Below are positions 54,301 through 63,940 of a DNA stretch of 64,000 nt, in pieces (within the stretch, counting starts at the first letter, position 1; the number at the start of each line of letters is the position of its first letter). The position numbers and the translations under genes are program-made. The notes beneath the pieces were generated by a model. The model ran no database searches. It was given only the letters and a program-made list of their open reading frames with translations, and was not told the DNA's origin. The stretch lies in the NCBI GenBank assembly GCA_040954595.2, contig CM082576.2, positions 4,128,760-4,192,759 of the forward strand, given 5' to 3'. This DNA comes from Balanoglossus misakiensis. Lineage: Eukaryota; Animalia; Hemichordata.

Positions 54301-57300
54301 AAGAAAATCCTCCCACTCAGTAATAAAATTTGATGTTATTATCATATTCATTACTTTGAGTAAGGATAACTTCCACTTTATTTGACAGACATTATAAACA
54401 ACCCTCGAATGGCAAGTAAAATATTCATAGTAAGTTCCCTATTCCAAAATTTAGTATTTCAAAACTTCATCTCAACAATTTCACTAAATCTCTCTTTGGG
54501 TAGAGTTTTCTTTTTATGCTATTTCGATTAGATAATTCAACACTGATACCAAAACAAGGAAGAAAAACACTTAGTAAATTTCTATTTGATCATCTAATAT
54601 TTAATGATACATTTATTTTATTAAATTTGCAGAAAAGAAAAAAAAGTTGTGCCATTTTGTTGATAGCAAGACCAATCTCGTCGCAGATTACTGCAACACT
54701 CTTTTGGCGGGACACTAAAGAATCACTGAGAGCTTGGTGTATCCCTCTCAAATGACTCCTTATCCTACTTATTGAGGCTATTACCCGCTTCATTAAAAAG
54801 TCAACGACCAGACACCATTTTATTTTACAAAGACAAATGATGTTCCTCCAGGTTTCAGTGTCATCAGTAGGTCAAGGCAGAATAGAATGCCTCTGCAAGC
54901 ACCAGACTGGCTTGACCACAACTGAATTGAGCTTCATGACTTCTTATGAGAAGTCCCAGAATGCATCACTCGCTCACTACTTCCTGTCTGTCCCAATGTC
55001 GAGCCAGAATCCGTATTTCACCACTCACATTCAAAAAAACAAATTTCATACTAAACTTTTCCAGTGCATATCTTTCTCAACCCTTCCTGCTAATTGATAA
55101 AAAATAAACTGAAAACGTGTTAATTAGTGAATAGTCAGTGTTAATTGTTTTCACAGAGAAATTCTTTGCAAAGTCCACATCATGACCAGTACTATTATCA
55201 ATTCAACAGATTAAGTTATTCTTTGTATTTTTACTATATTCTAAAATAAAAATTAAATTGTTCTAAAAGTCAGTAGTGCATACACAGAATAGGCCAGCCA
55301 TATTTGTGACCCTTATATGACCCTTACACCTTTGCATTTTGTTAGCATGACTTTAACATTTTGAGTTTTCACTCTGGAACCATACTATTTATTTTGTGCA
55401 TTCTAACTCATCCCAAAAGACAAAAATATTACATTTTGTCTGTTACAAAAGGGTGACTGTTTTGCATAACTTTGAATAATGTATGATGTCATACTAAAAA
55501 AATACCAGGATGTAAGGTCACTCAGGGGTCATGAAAATGGCCTAGTCCTGTCAGATTTCTGCCTGCACACCTTGAGACTGGGGATTCAGTAATGAATCGT
55601 ATTTAGGCAAGTATTTTTTTTTCTCAGTATTTATTGGGGAAGATAACAAATTTGAATGTTGAAAAGGAAGGATACTTCACCACACAAACCTGTTTTCTTG
55701 CTTCTTTTACCATGAGATTGGTGTGAAACCTGCACCACCAGAATGTGTATGCAAGTTTCACTGTTTAATACAGAATTGACAGTTTGGTAGCTGAAAACTG
55801 AAAACAGGCATTGTGCAATATGACAAATCGAAAGCAGCTGTTCTAAACATGGCACACTCGTGTCATATGAACACCACTTTAATAGATGTGTATTTAGAGG
55901 TGAGAACTTCAGGCCAGCTGTGGGGAGAAAGAGAAAAATAGCACACATACCAGGTTTCATCATTGTGGAATTCCAGTTCTCCAGTGGCATCATCGTAGTC
56001 GTCTCCACCACCTTTGGCAGTGCCCTCAACAGTGTGGTATGGAACACGCACAGTGCCTCTGGCTCCTGATGACCTTGTCACCTTCACCTGCACCTCCCCG
56101 GCGGTCTCCGGCACCTTCACCATCTTCTCGTCGAAGTGGAAAATGCCGGCGTGGTCGTCGTCCAGAATGATGACGGTGGCGAAAGCGGGGTCGACGAGTC
56201 GTGCCTGGGGCGCGAGATGGTTACTCTCGAACATTCCATCGGGGCCCCCGACGCGGATGTTGCTGAGCCGCACGTAGAAGTGCTCGTCTTCTTCGAAGAT
56301 GTCGTCGTCGATGATGGTCAGCTGGAACTGCTTGTGCGTCTCCCCTGGCTTAAAGACCACGGTGCCCTCGGCGAAGTGATAATCAGACCCGGCGTTGGCC
56401 GTGCCATCCTCAGTATGATAGTCCACGTAGATGGTGCTATTCAGATCGCCACCTTGGCGGGTCACGGTGACATTGAAGGTCCCGATATTTTCCATCACGG
56501 TGTATTCAGCGGGATCAAAGTAAATTCTCGCATAATTATTCTCTTGCGGAGTCTCAATCTTAACTTCTGCGACGCTGGCCCTCTTCTTGTCGAGCGTTTT
56601 CTTCAGGATATTGCCAGCCCCAACCATTTTTCTCGTCGCTTGGATTCGGTAGAAGGCGCGACTTTTCGTCTGGTGGCTCAGCGCCTCGTAATTGGCCATT
56701 TGCTCCAGGGTTTCCATGTCAGCTTCTGGGTGTTTACGCTTCATGTCACGAAGGATGCGGATCGCGTCTCTTCTACTCTCATCTAAGTCTTTGATATCGT
56801 CGAAGTCAAGATCATCGTCATCGTATCCTCGGAATTCCATTTCATCGAACTCGTGATTGACGGGGTAATGATTGCTTTTGGGGTCGCCTGGCATAGCTTC
56901 CATATTGATCTCGCCTGCTTTTCCCTTATCGCGTCGCACAATGCTTCTGGCCTTGTACTTTTTGCGTAGAAATTTCATAAAGAAGACTTTTGTGTCCACT
57001 AAATATGCAACCACAACTAAAAGTGGAAAGAAAATAAAAGTCAGGAGGGCTTCCCAAACTTTGATAACGCCCGGAGAGAAAACAGCAAGAATCAAGTACA
57101 GCCAGACGTAGGCTAACACACTGCACGAGGCAGTCACAAAGAATACACGGAGATGCTTCAATCGACGAGTTTCGCCGTCGGGAATTGCGTATATGCAAAT
57201 TGCGATGATGACAAAGAGATTGAAAGCTGCACTACCAACGATGGTGGAAGGTCCCAGTTCTCCAGCCTCAAATTTATTGCCACAAATTTCGATGAGCGAG

Positions 57301-57824
57301 AGGAGGATTTCGGGCGCGGACGAACCCAAGGCCATGAGCGTGAGATTGGACACGGTTTCATTCCAGATGCGCACATTAACGACGACTTTTTCACCGCTGG
57401 GACGCCTCACAGTGACCTCTTTCTCTTTGGAGGTGATGACTTCGATGGCGGCCATGAATCGATCGGCGACGATCGAAACTCCCAGGAACAGGTAGCACAG
57501 ACATGCGAAATAGACAGTCGCCCTCGCCGCCACGTCACCTGTATTCACAGGATCGGGGCTCCATTTCGGCAGCAGCACGCCCTTCGAACATGCAGAAGCA
57601 TTACGCGTGCACGTGCGACCGCTACTCGCTGTCTCGTCATCGTCCAGTCCCCCATCCCCCGTGTCATTATTGTAAGGTGGCAATGTCATCCCCATTGATG
57701 GGTGCACGTTCATAAAGACTAGCCATAGCAGAGCAAGCGGACCACACAGTCCCTTGGTGACCAGAAGAGTGTTTAACGTTATCCTTCTGGTAAAGAACCC
57801 CAGTGTATGTGTGATTTTTTTCAT
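10391..57824 (-). CDS. NCX: Sodium/calcium exchanger (SLC8A/NCX family), about 960 aa, 6 coding exons
   Basis: Exons 57824-55951, 17259-17159, 12127-11970, 11728-11629, 11485-11219, 10773-10391 total 2883 nt (960 aa + TAA), all GT-AG and in phase. Contains the alpha-1 repeat NLTLMALGSSAPEILLS, an XIP-like basic segment, two Calx-beta domains (IIDDDIFEEDE, ILDDDHAG, IIDDEEYEKN) and the alpha-2 repeat ALGTSVPDTFAS. Confidence 0.97.
11219..11485 (-). CDS. NCX: NCX exon: GDEDEDGEEKLPSCMDYVMHFLSIFWKILFAFIPPT...ALGTSVP
   Basis: Acceptor TTGCAG, donor G|GTGAGT; 267 nt, phase 1 to 1. Confidence 0.97.
11629..11728 (-). CDS. NCX: NCX exon: NTVDKLIKKANLSLVVGTSSWREQFTEAITVSS
   Basis: Acceptor TTTGCAG, donor CAG|GTGAGA; highly conserved NCX segment. 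Confidence 0.97.
11815..11909. mobile_element. About 95-bp piggyBac-like MITE, copy 2 (diverged interior)
   Basis: Reads TTAA CCCTCTCACC ... GGTGAAAGGG CTAA inside a 241-nt NCX intron. Confidence 0.65.
11970..12127 (-). CDS. NCX: NCX exon (CBD2 F-G loop): GSDDDEDSAYEAGENSQYNNMTVEEKRIADMGKPRLGDLNKCEILILESTEFK
   Basis: Acceptor GTTACAG, donor AAG|GTACAC; EExRIAxMGxPxLG motif. Confidence 0.95.
12157..12345. repeat. Compound trinucleotide microsatellite (ATC)n-(ACC)n-(ATC)n
   Basis: Directly visible; about 190 bp. Confidence 0.97.
17159..17259 (-). CDS. NCX: NCX CBD2 exon (equivalent of vertebrate exon A/B): (C)QYITIRIIDDEEYEKNENFFVELGEPKLIKRGN
   Basis: Acceptor TTCTTTCACAG, donor G|GTGAGT; 101 nt, phase 2 to 1, which is exactly what links the neighbouring exons. 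Absent from the ORF track. Confidence 0.95.
23608..24251. repeat. Pair of diverged direct repeats of about 62 bp, 582 bp apart
   Basis: TAGGTCACTTTTGTTgTGTGCTTTAATCCAATA...GTGGTCATTAATT occurs at 23608-23670 and 24190-24251. Confidence 0.8.
37567..37756. repeat. Degenerate minisatellite, unit about 21 bp (CATCACACTGCACCATTCTAG / CATCACACTGCCCTATTCAGG)
   Basis: About 7 imperfect CATCACACTGC-initiated units are visible. Confidence 0.75.
38800..38900. repeat. Low-complexity (TTCA)n/(TTTA)n/(TTTC)n tract
   Basis: Directly visible. Confidence 0.7.
45401..45510. mobile_element. piggyBac-like MITE, copy 3
   Basis: Reads TTAAACCCTTTCACC ... GGTGAAAGGGTTGA; the interior (GTTTGGTC.AAATC...GGTAA.GTTG) resembles copy 4. 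Confidence 0.7.
47458..47510. repeat. (CCCCAT)n-like tract; G-quadruplex-prone on the - strand
   Basis: The - strand has seven GGG(G) runs separated by short loops. Confidence 0.75.
48687..48781. mobile_element. piggyBac-like MITE, copy 4 (reverse orientation relative to copy 1)
   Basis: Reads TTAA ACCTTTCACCACC ... GTTGAAAGGA TTAA; the interior is a diverged reverse complement of 2492-2587. Confidence 0.75.
55291..55549. mobile_element. About 260-bp foldback/MITE with long imperfect inverted arms
   Basis: Left arm AGGCCAGCCATATTTGTGACCCTTATATGACCCTTACACC versus reverse complement of right arm AGGACTAGGCCATTTTCATGACCCCTGAGTGACCTTACATCC; similarity continues inward (TTAGCATGAC/TTAGTATGAC). 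Confidence 0.65.
55951..57824 (-). CDS. NCX: NCX large first coding exon (signal peptide, TM1-5, XIP, CBD1, N-terminal half of CBD2); the exon itself starts at 57909
   Basis: 653-aa ORF whose NCX homology ends at LEFHNDET, where donor TG|GTATGT lies; acceptor TTTTTTTAATTTCAG at 57910. Confidence 0.97.
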
Positions 57825-57874
57825 TGTGGTAGTGAGAGTTCTGTTCGCTCAAATAAAAGGACAAAATCTGTCAT
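57821..57874 (-). promoter_or_regulatory. uORF (MTDFVLLFERTELSLPQ*) whose TGA overlaps the NCX ATG (ATGA)
   Basis: ATG at 57874-57872, 17 codons, TGA at 57823-57821; the main ATG is at 57824-57822. Confidence 0.6.
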
Positions 57875-58738
57875 ACACTCGTCTCTATGCAGACGTCAAT
57901 GAACCAATTCTGAAATTAAAAAAATATACACATGAATGCCACACTTACAAGCAACACAACACAATTACTAAATAAACAATAATCAGTAAATATCAATAAA
58001 AATGCATTTTAAAATGTACTATACCGTAGAGCATAAAATTGTCTATTATTCTATAGTGTAAACAAAGGCTGATTAGCCTGGTGCAGTACAAGCTCTACAC
58101 AGCCTATATTGCTACAGATCCACAGCACTACCACTTTTGGATGTTTTCACTAGGGAGTGGGGAACATGGTCAAGGTGGGATGGGCTATGGGTCCACAGCC
58201 CCTCTGTAACAGGCATTGTCTGGCGGTCTTGTGTCTTTTATTGCCATTTTTTTGTTTTCACGATTTTCTTGTATCATACGAAAATATTGAAAACATTATC
58301 ATCAATACGCCTCAGGAGCGCCAGAAAATGCCAGCAGGGATGTGGGACCCATATATACAAACCTAGTTGAACGAAATGCCCAAGGCCCGCCCCCACCCAT
58401 AAACAACTACACAGTAAACAATACTGTCGGTTTCATGTCAATGCTTGAAAAGGTTATGAAATAATCGAAAGCTTACAATTAAATCGAAATATTTTCTTAT
58501 TGTCTCAATGGTATATATTTGCTTAACGAATAAAATCAAAAGCATATATTTCCATTTGAAAACATGAATTATTATGCAAATATGGCACTGCAGTGAAATC
58601 GAAAACGGCACCACTGAGGAGCAGAGAGACGAACGGGTGTCATCATCGAACATGATTTACACTTACAGTTCTAATAAACCGGGAGTCAGCATTAATAATT
58701 AACCAAAATATCTTGAAAAATATACCTATTTGACTCAC

Positions 58739-59035
58739 CTGGGATACACGATAATTTATCTTTGCTTCGCGATTCACGTCGCGACAATTGCCATTCTCCA
58801 CCCAGGGATATTTGAGTTGGATCGCCAGGCCGTGCGTTTTATGTTGTCTCCCAGCAATAATAGGGCTACTGCTGCCGATGATGATCGCTCGAGAGACGCG
58901 ACGATGAAATTATAGAGCAGGGACGACTACAAAATCGCTTTCATATTTTCGTAACGGTGCCCCTTTGACAATCGCCAGTGGTCATCGATAGATGAACTGG
59001 AACGGGTACGCGCCTGGGCAGCCGATGAACTGGCG
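58739..59035 (-). other. NCX: Putative non-coding first exon (5' UTR) of NCX; 5' end uncertain
   Basis: Consensus donor CAG|GTGAGT at 58739/58738, 829 nt upstream of the acceptor of the large exon; the sequence is CpG-rich. Confidence 0.65.
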
Positions 59036-59260
59036 GCCGAGGAATCTTTCTGTCACCGGTAGCTAGCTGTTCACGGACAGAAAACTACAATCAGGCGAAA
59101 CACACGGCGGCCACTTCACACAGAAATCACTCGCAAAAGCTCAACCCCTGATAAAGTGGCGCGGTGTACGCTGGGTAAAAAAGTGAAACATGCTGTGCGC
59201 TCCTTTCTATTTTATTTCTCTCAATTTATGCAGGAATTGTTTGACGTCACAGTATATATT
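58980..59260 (-). promoter_or_regulatory. Putative NCX promoter region
   Basis: CpG-rich; two CCAGTTCATC initiator-like copies (58991-59000, 59024-59033), a DRE-like TATCGATG (58983-58990), a full CRE TGACGTCA (59242-59249) and TATATA (59254-59259). Confidence 0.45.
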
Positions 59261-60490
59261 AGCGTATCAACATGTCTTTGTCACGATATGACCGTGCGTG
59301 AAGAGTTTTTCACGGTTCCTTTCTCCATTCTTTATTGTCAAAAATAGGGCCTAAGTAAACATTGGTCAGTATTCTATCCCTGCGCTCTTTGCAGTAAGCT
59401 TAGTGAACATTCGCTTACACTAAGCCTCGAGATCCCATCATCGATTCCACATTGTATTGTCTGTAACAGGTTATAAGCGATGGACACAGACTAATTTCTG
59501 GACCTCTGCGATCAAATTTTAATTTTAATGCACACAAAAAAGAATAGAAAACGCAGGAAAGACACCAAAACTTGAGCAGTGGGTGTGTCTCAGATATCAT
59601 GATACTAGTATAGGCCTACAGTACAGTAAGCTTAGAAGCTACTCGGTGACTATGGTTTAGATGACCATGTCGTGGCGCTGTTATCAAAAAGCTGATCATT
59701 TTTCTCTCCACTCTCGCCTTTAATTGGAAAACAACGTGCGCATATGGTGGTGTAGTTGATTACGCAGACAAAAACGTAATATCCAGCGTCACGTCTTGTT
59801 GTTTTCGAAGTGAAGATCTACAATCTCCATGTAGGCCTAGACCCATATCCCGACTCCCCAGTTCGTGCAAGAAATAGGCGGTACGTATCAACGCAACTTT
59901 TGTGTTCAAAAGCAAAGGATCCGATGATTAAAAAACTGCTTTGGTCCTCTATCAGTACATTTTGAGATTCGGAAAATAAAAAGTTTTTAAATGTTTGTTT
60001 GTTTCGTGATAAACATTTTTATGATGTCATGAATTCAATTCTTGACCTTTTCCTAAACCGCGTATTCTGAGAAGTCTAATACATGTATACAGGTTTATTT
60101 TATAGATAACAAGGACAGAGATCGATTCTTGAATCTTTTGGTGACATAACAATTAATTGCATATGCCCTCAAATCCGGAAAACCCCGTTAGGTAAAATGT
60201 GGAAGGTTTGTTCAACGCTACAGCAATGACCCAGCAAACATCTACATGTACATGCGAAATCAATATGTCAAGAACTCCCCATCCTTCGACCTCAGAAGGA
60301 ATCACGTTTGCTATTGATTATCTATAGCTATCGTAAACTCTTTGTCGACAGCGTTAATATTTAAACATTCGCCTTTTCAGGATACTTTATGACCTAGCTA
60401 ACCAAGTGGGCCTATACCCGAAGACTGTCGACGTCCTTGCTGGGAGCTCACCTTCGCGCATATTTTACGTGTTTTCTGCGAGTGCTCGAG

Positions 60491-60575
60491 ACACACACAT
60501 GCACGCACGTACGCGCACACATACATAGGAGACACACACACACACACACACATACATAGTATTACATACATACTT
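60491..60575. repeat. Imperfect (CA)n microsatellite
   Basis: Directly visible. Confidence 0.85.
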
Positions 60576-61794
60576 ACGAATGTGAACATATATTTATTTT
60601 CTATAAAGCAGAAAAAGGATAATTACAAGGATATTGCGCATAGGCCTATTTTGCATTGGGTTGCCTTCTCGTGCACGACCGACGACATAGAACAAATCTA
60701 TCCAACACTATAAACACAAATGTGCAAGTCAAATTCCTGCAAGCTACGATTTATATGTCAGCTCGGTGAAGAGTTGTTGGAATTCCTCGCATATACCGTG
60801 GGTTACGTCAACCAATCTGAATAATTCAGTTATCTCATCAAGTAGCCTACGGTCCTCACCATACTGCTAAATGAACACGAATTGCATACATAGGTTACAT
60901 AAGAGGGTTCCATCTATCCTAGTCATAAAGATATTGCAAAAGCAATCTTCCGGTAACCAGAAAAAATATCTCTTATCTGAGCATCTTATAGCTCTTGATA
61001 AGGATGTTATTTTGTGTGTACTTACCAATATCATCCTACAATCGGTTATTAACAGACTTGCCTAACTTCCAACTCGTACCATTAGATGTATTAGAATTGT
61101 CATTTCAGATGACCATGTCTCAACAAGCAGGTAAATACAAAGTGACCTCGGCCTGTTTCAATTCCCCCATTTCATTTTAATGACTAGAACTTAATTAATT
61201 TGCCAAAAGCCAATTGCCAATGAACGATCTGGAGAATGGGTATCGCTTCGCAGCCTACTCGTATAACACACAATAAAACGACCATTAACCCAGAAATAAA
61301 TTTGTACACAGAGTTTACGCTCAAAATAATACATTGCAACCACGTGACTCACATCCCAAGTTATATTTCTCTTCTATATACAATGTGCTCCTAAATGAAG
61401 ATACCGACAGAGAAATACTCTTCAAATTCCTTTGCAAGTCATCCATCACTGTCACACAAACTGCGGCCGGCACTGGTATATGTTTCTTGCTAAATTTATT
61501 CATTAGTGTGCAAATATGGGGCTCAATAACAAAAGAAAACGTTTTATTTAATAAATACTGTTCTTTATCTCGACTATCAATCGTCCATCTCGACGGGGCG
61601 AACGGCGTATTCCTTTAGTTCATCTGGGTTTCAATCCCATGTTACCAAAAAACGCCAAAAGGCCCGGACCATGGAAACGTCATTGTGTGTGCCTCGGTTG
61701 GGATATGGGCATTCAACGGCGATTATGAATTCCTTGTCTTCACGTGACTCCGTGATAAGCGATAATCGATCCACTGATCATCGTTTCATCCACA

Positions 61795-61851
61795 TTAGGT
61801 ATTCTTTATCGATATCCGAGAGCGTTCTTCGGGCTGCGCGGTCGTCTGCGG
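61795..61851 (-). CDS. Probable last coding exon of the FN3 membrane protein: PQTTAQPEERSRISIKNT*
   Basis: Acceptor TTTACTCTTCCTTGCAG at 61852, entered in phase 0 after donor GAG|GTCAGT. AATAAA occurs on the - strand at 61543-61548 and 61495-61500. There is no homology support. Confidence 0.5.
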   Translation of the reverse strand, partial: PQTTAQPEERSRISIKNT

Positions 61852-62129
61852 CTGCAAGGAAGAGTAAACCTGACAACTTCAATAGATCATGGAAATGCAA
61901 TTTACGACCACTGTCTCATAAACTGATAAGAATTGTTGTAATGAAATTATTTATGTATAGAACCAACTTCTACACTCTGAAATTGTGCAACATTTTGAGC
62001 CATATCCTGATATTTTTATATGGAGCTTTGAAGTCTGTTTCGCAAGTTTGATTGGCACATCAATTTGCTGGAATGCATGGCAAATAAAATCGACAGTTAG
62101 CGAGGGGTTTTTCACAGGTATATACTGAC

Positions 62130-62323
62130 CTCTCCATCTTCAGTGTCGTATATTTTGTTTTCAAATGCCACTGCACTCCCAACTTCGTAGTCTGCCTGTC
62201 GTTTGTCCCTCTTGTAGATGTAGATGTACGCTACGAAGGCAAGCGTTGCTGTGACAACTGCTGCTACCACACAGACCCCTATAATGATAGCCTTGCTGGT
62301 GGTCGTTGCCGATTTTCTTTCTT
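62130..62323 (-). CDS. Transmembrane and cytoplasmic-tail exon of a single-pass FN3-domain protein
   Basis: Acceptor TTTTTGTTGCAG; hydrophobic AIIIGVCVVAAVVTATLAFVAYIYIY followed by basic KRDKR; FENKIY (FxNPxY-like); phase-1 entry fits the upstream FN3 exon. Confidence 0.82.
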
Positions 62324-63619
62324 CTGCAACAAAAATCACCAGACCGGAAATGTGTTACGATTACAGTTTGATTTAATTAAGTTCGTTTGGCAGTTATTCA
62401 ACTTTTTAATTATTTTAAAAAATGGAACGGCGCAAACATGTGCAGAAGCCGCATAGATGCGGGAAGCCATCGAATTCATGAAGTCATTCGAAGTGATTTC
62501 CACGCAGTTTCCAGTGCATATGACGTCATCCGCGTGCGACAATAAGCTTATAGGTCTATACTTTCAGTGTAAAATATCGTCTGGTGACGGTGACACAAGA
62601 GTGCAGCTATATTAATCAAAATCGAACACGACTGTATACTTATCTTTTATTACTGATATTTAAATCGTTCAGGGTCGTTAAATTGTAGGATTTAATTCTT
62701 ACGTCATTATATCTCCAGGAAAGAAAGATGATCGTGGCATTTTATTGTGACAATTTCACTATTTTGCACCGGATTTGTAGATTTTTTTATTGTCCCTTTT
62801 CATGATCGGTAGTTCTCTGTGCCCTAAGGATTGTGGGTCAGATATTTAATGCATCTGAAGTACGTGCAGATAAGTATTTTTATCACGTGTTCTAAAAGGG
62901 CGACTGAGAATGTCGTGCCCATACGTGTTTACCGCTGAGCGTAGAAACATATGACAGAACAAAATTGTCCGTTTATTTTTGGTCTTAGGCGATAGAATAT
63001 TGGACTATAAAGCGCGTTGAGGTTCTCCTCATTCGAGCTGAGATGAATTTAGCCAACAACTGACCAAACCAAGGGTATGCCACGTGGCCAAACGTTATTC
63101 ATATCATCAACATTTGGTTCAACGTCTGGTGCCAACCGACACAAATACTACATGACGTCATATCTAATAAATACGGCCAGTTTTCTGAAGTTTACGGGTA
63201 CAACATTTCAACGTAATACCACACCAATGAACCTCATCGCCCATATTTGAAATAACATGCAAATTGCATGAATATTTTAAAATCTATTCGCTGTATAATA
63301 TTCAGAATACATCTGATAACTGGTAATCGAAATAATTTTTTGCTGAGAGTTTCCTCGGCTGAATGGGCTGATTCAAACTTCTTGTTTGGTACATTATTCG
63401 GAAACCAAACCGCCAGTTGTTGATACATTTGTGGTCCTTCCGAAAATAACCTTCTCGTCCAGAAGGATAATCTATTTTTGCGACCATCGGACTGGTATCC
63501 ACATATTTTTTGGCTGGCAAAAAACAGAAAGCGTTTTCTTCACGAGCAGTGGCGCTGTTCACTGCATGACTCAGAGCGCCACCAGCGTCGAACCGTTAAA
63601 ACTTCTCGTATCTACTCAC

Positions 63620-63940
63620 CTGTTACTGGTTTTGTTGAAATGATTGCCAAATTCGATTTTATTTCCCGGAGCACTGTACCATTTCCCCAGATTCCAAGAA
63701 GCAAGACTGAATATTTGTGTTGGCTTTTTAAATTAGATATCTCCACTGAACTGACGTCGTATCGAACTTGCACTTTCCCGAGAGAATCGTCGGTGGTGTC
63801 GTTGTAGACCACCTGCAAAGTTCGAAGATGGTCGATAATGTCTGCAGGCAAAGACCGCCATGAGACTTTTATTGAACTGTCCGTGACTGAAGATATGTAG
63901 ATGGTCATTGGCATTATGAACGGCATTGTGGACGGGGAAC
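63620..63940 (-). CDS. Fibronectin type III domain exon (gene continues beyond the window end)
   Basis: Acceptor TGTTTTGCAG, donor CAG|GTGAGT; 321 nt, phase 1 to 1. FN3 pattern SSVTDSSIKVSW...VEISNLKSQHKYSVLL is present. Confidence 0.85.

Noticed and set aside
56014-57715. Several long + strand ORFs (216 aa, 181 aa, 100 aa and others)
   Set aside because: They are antisense shadows of the GC-rich NCX coding exon, with no independent domain signal.
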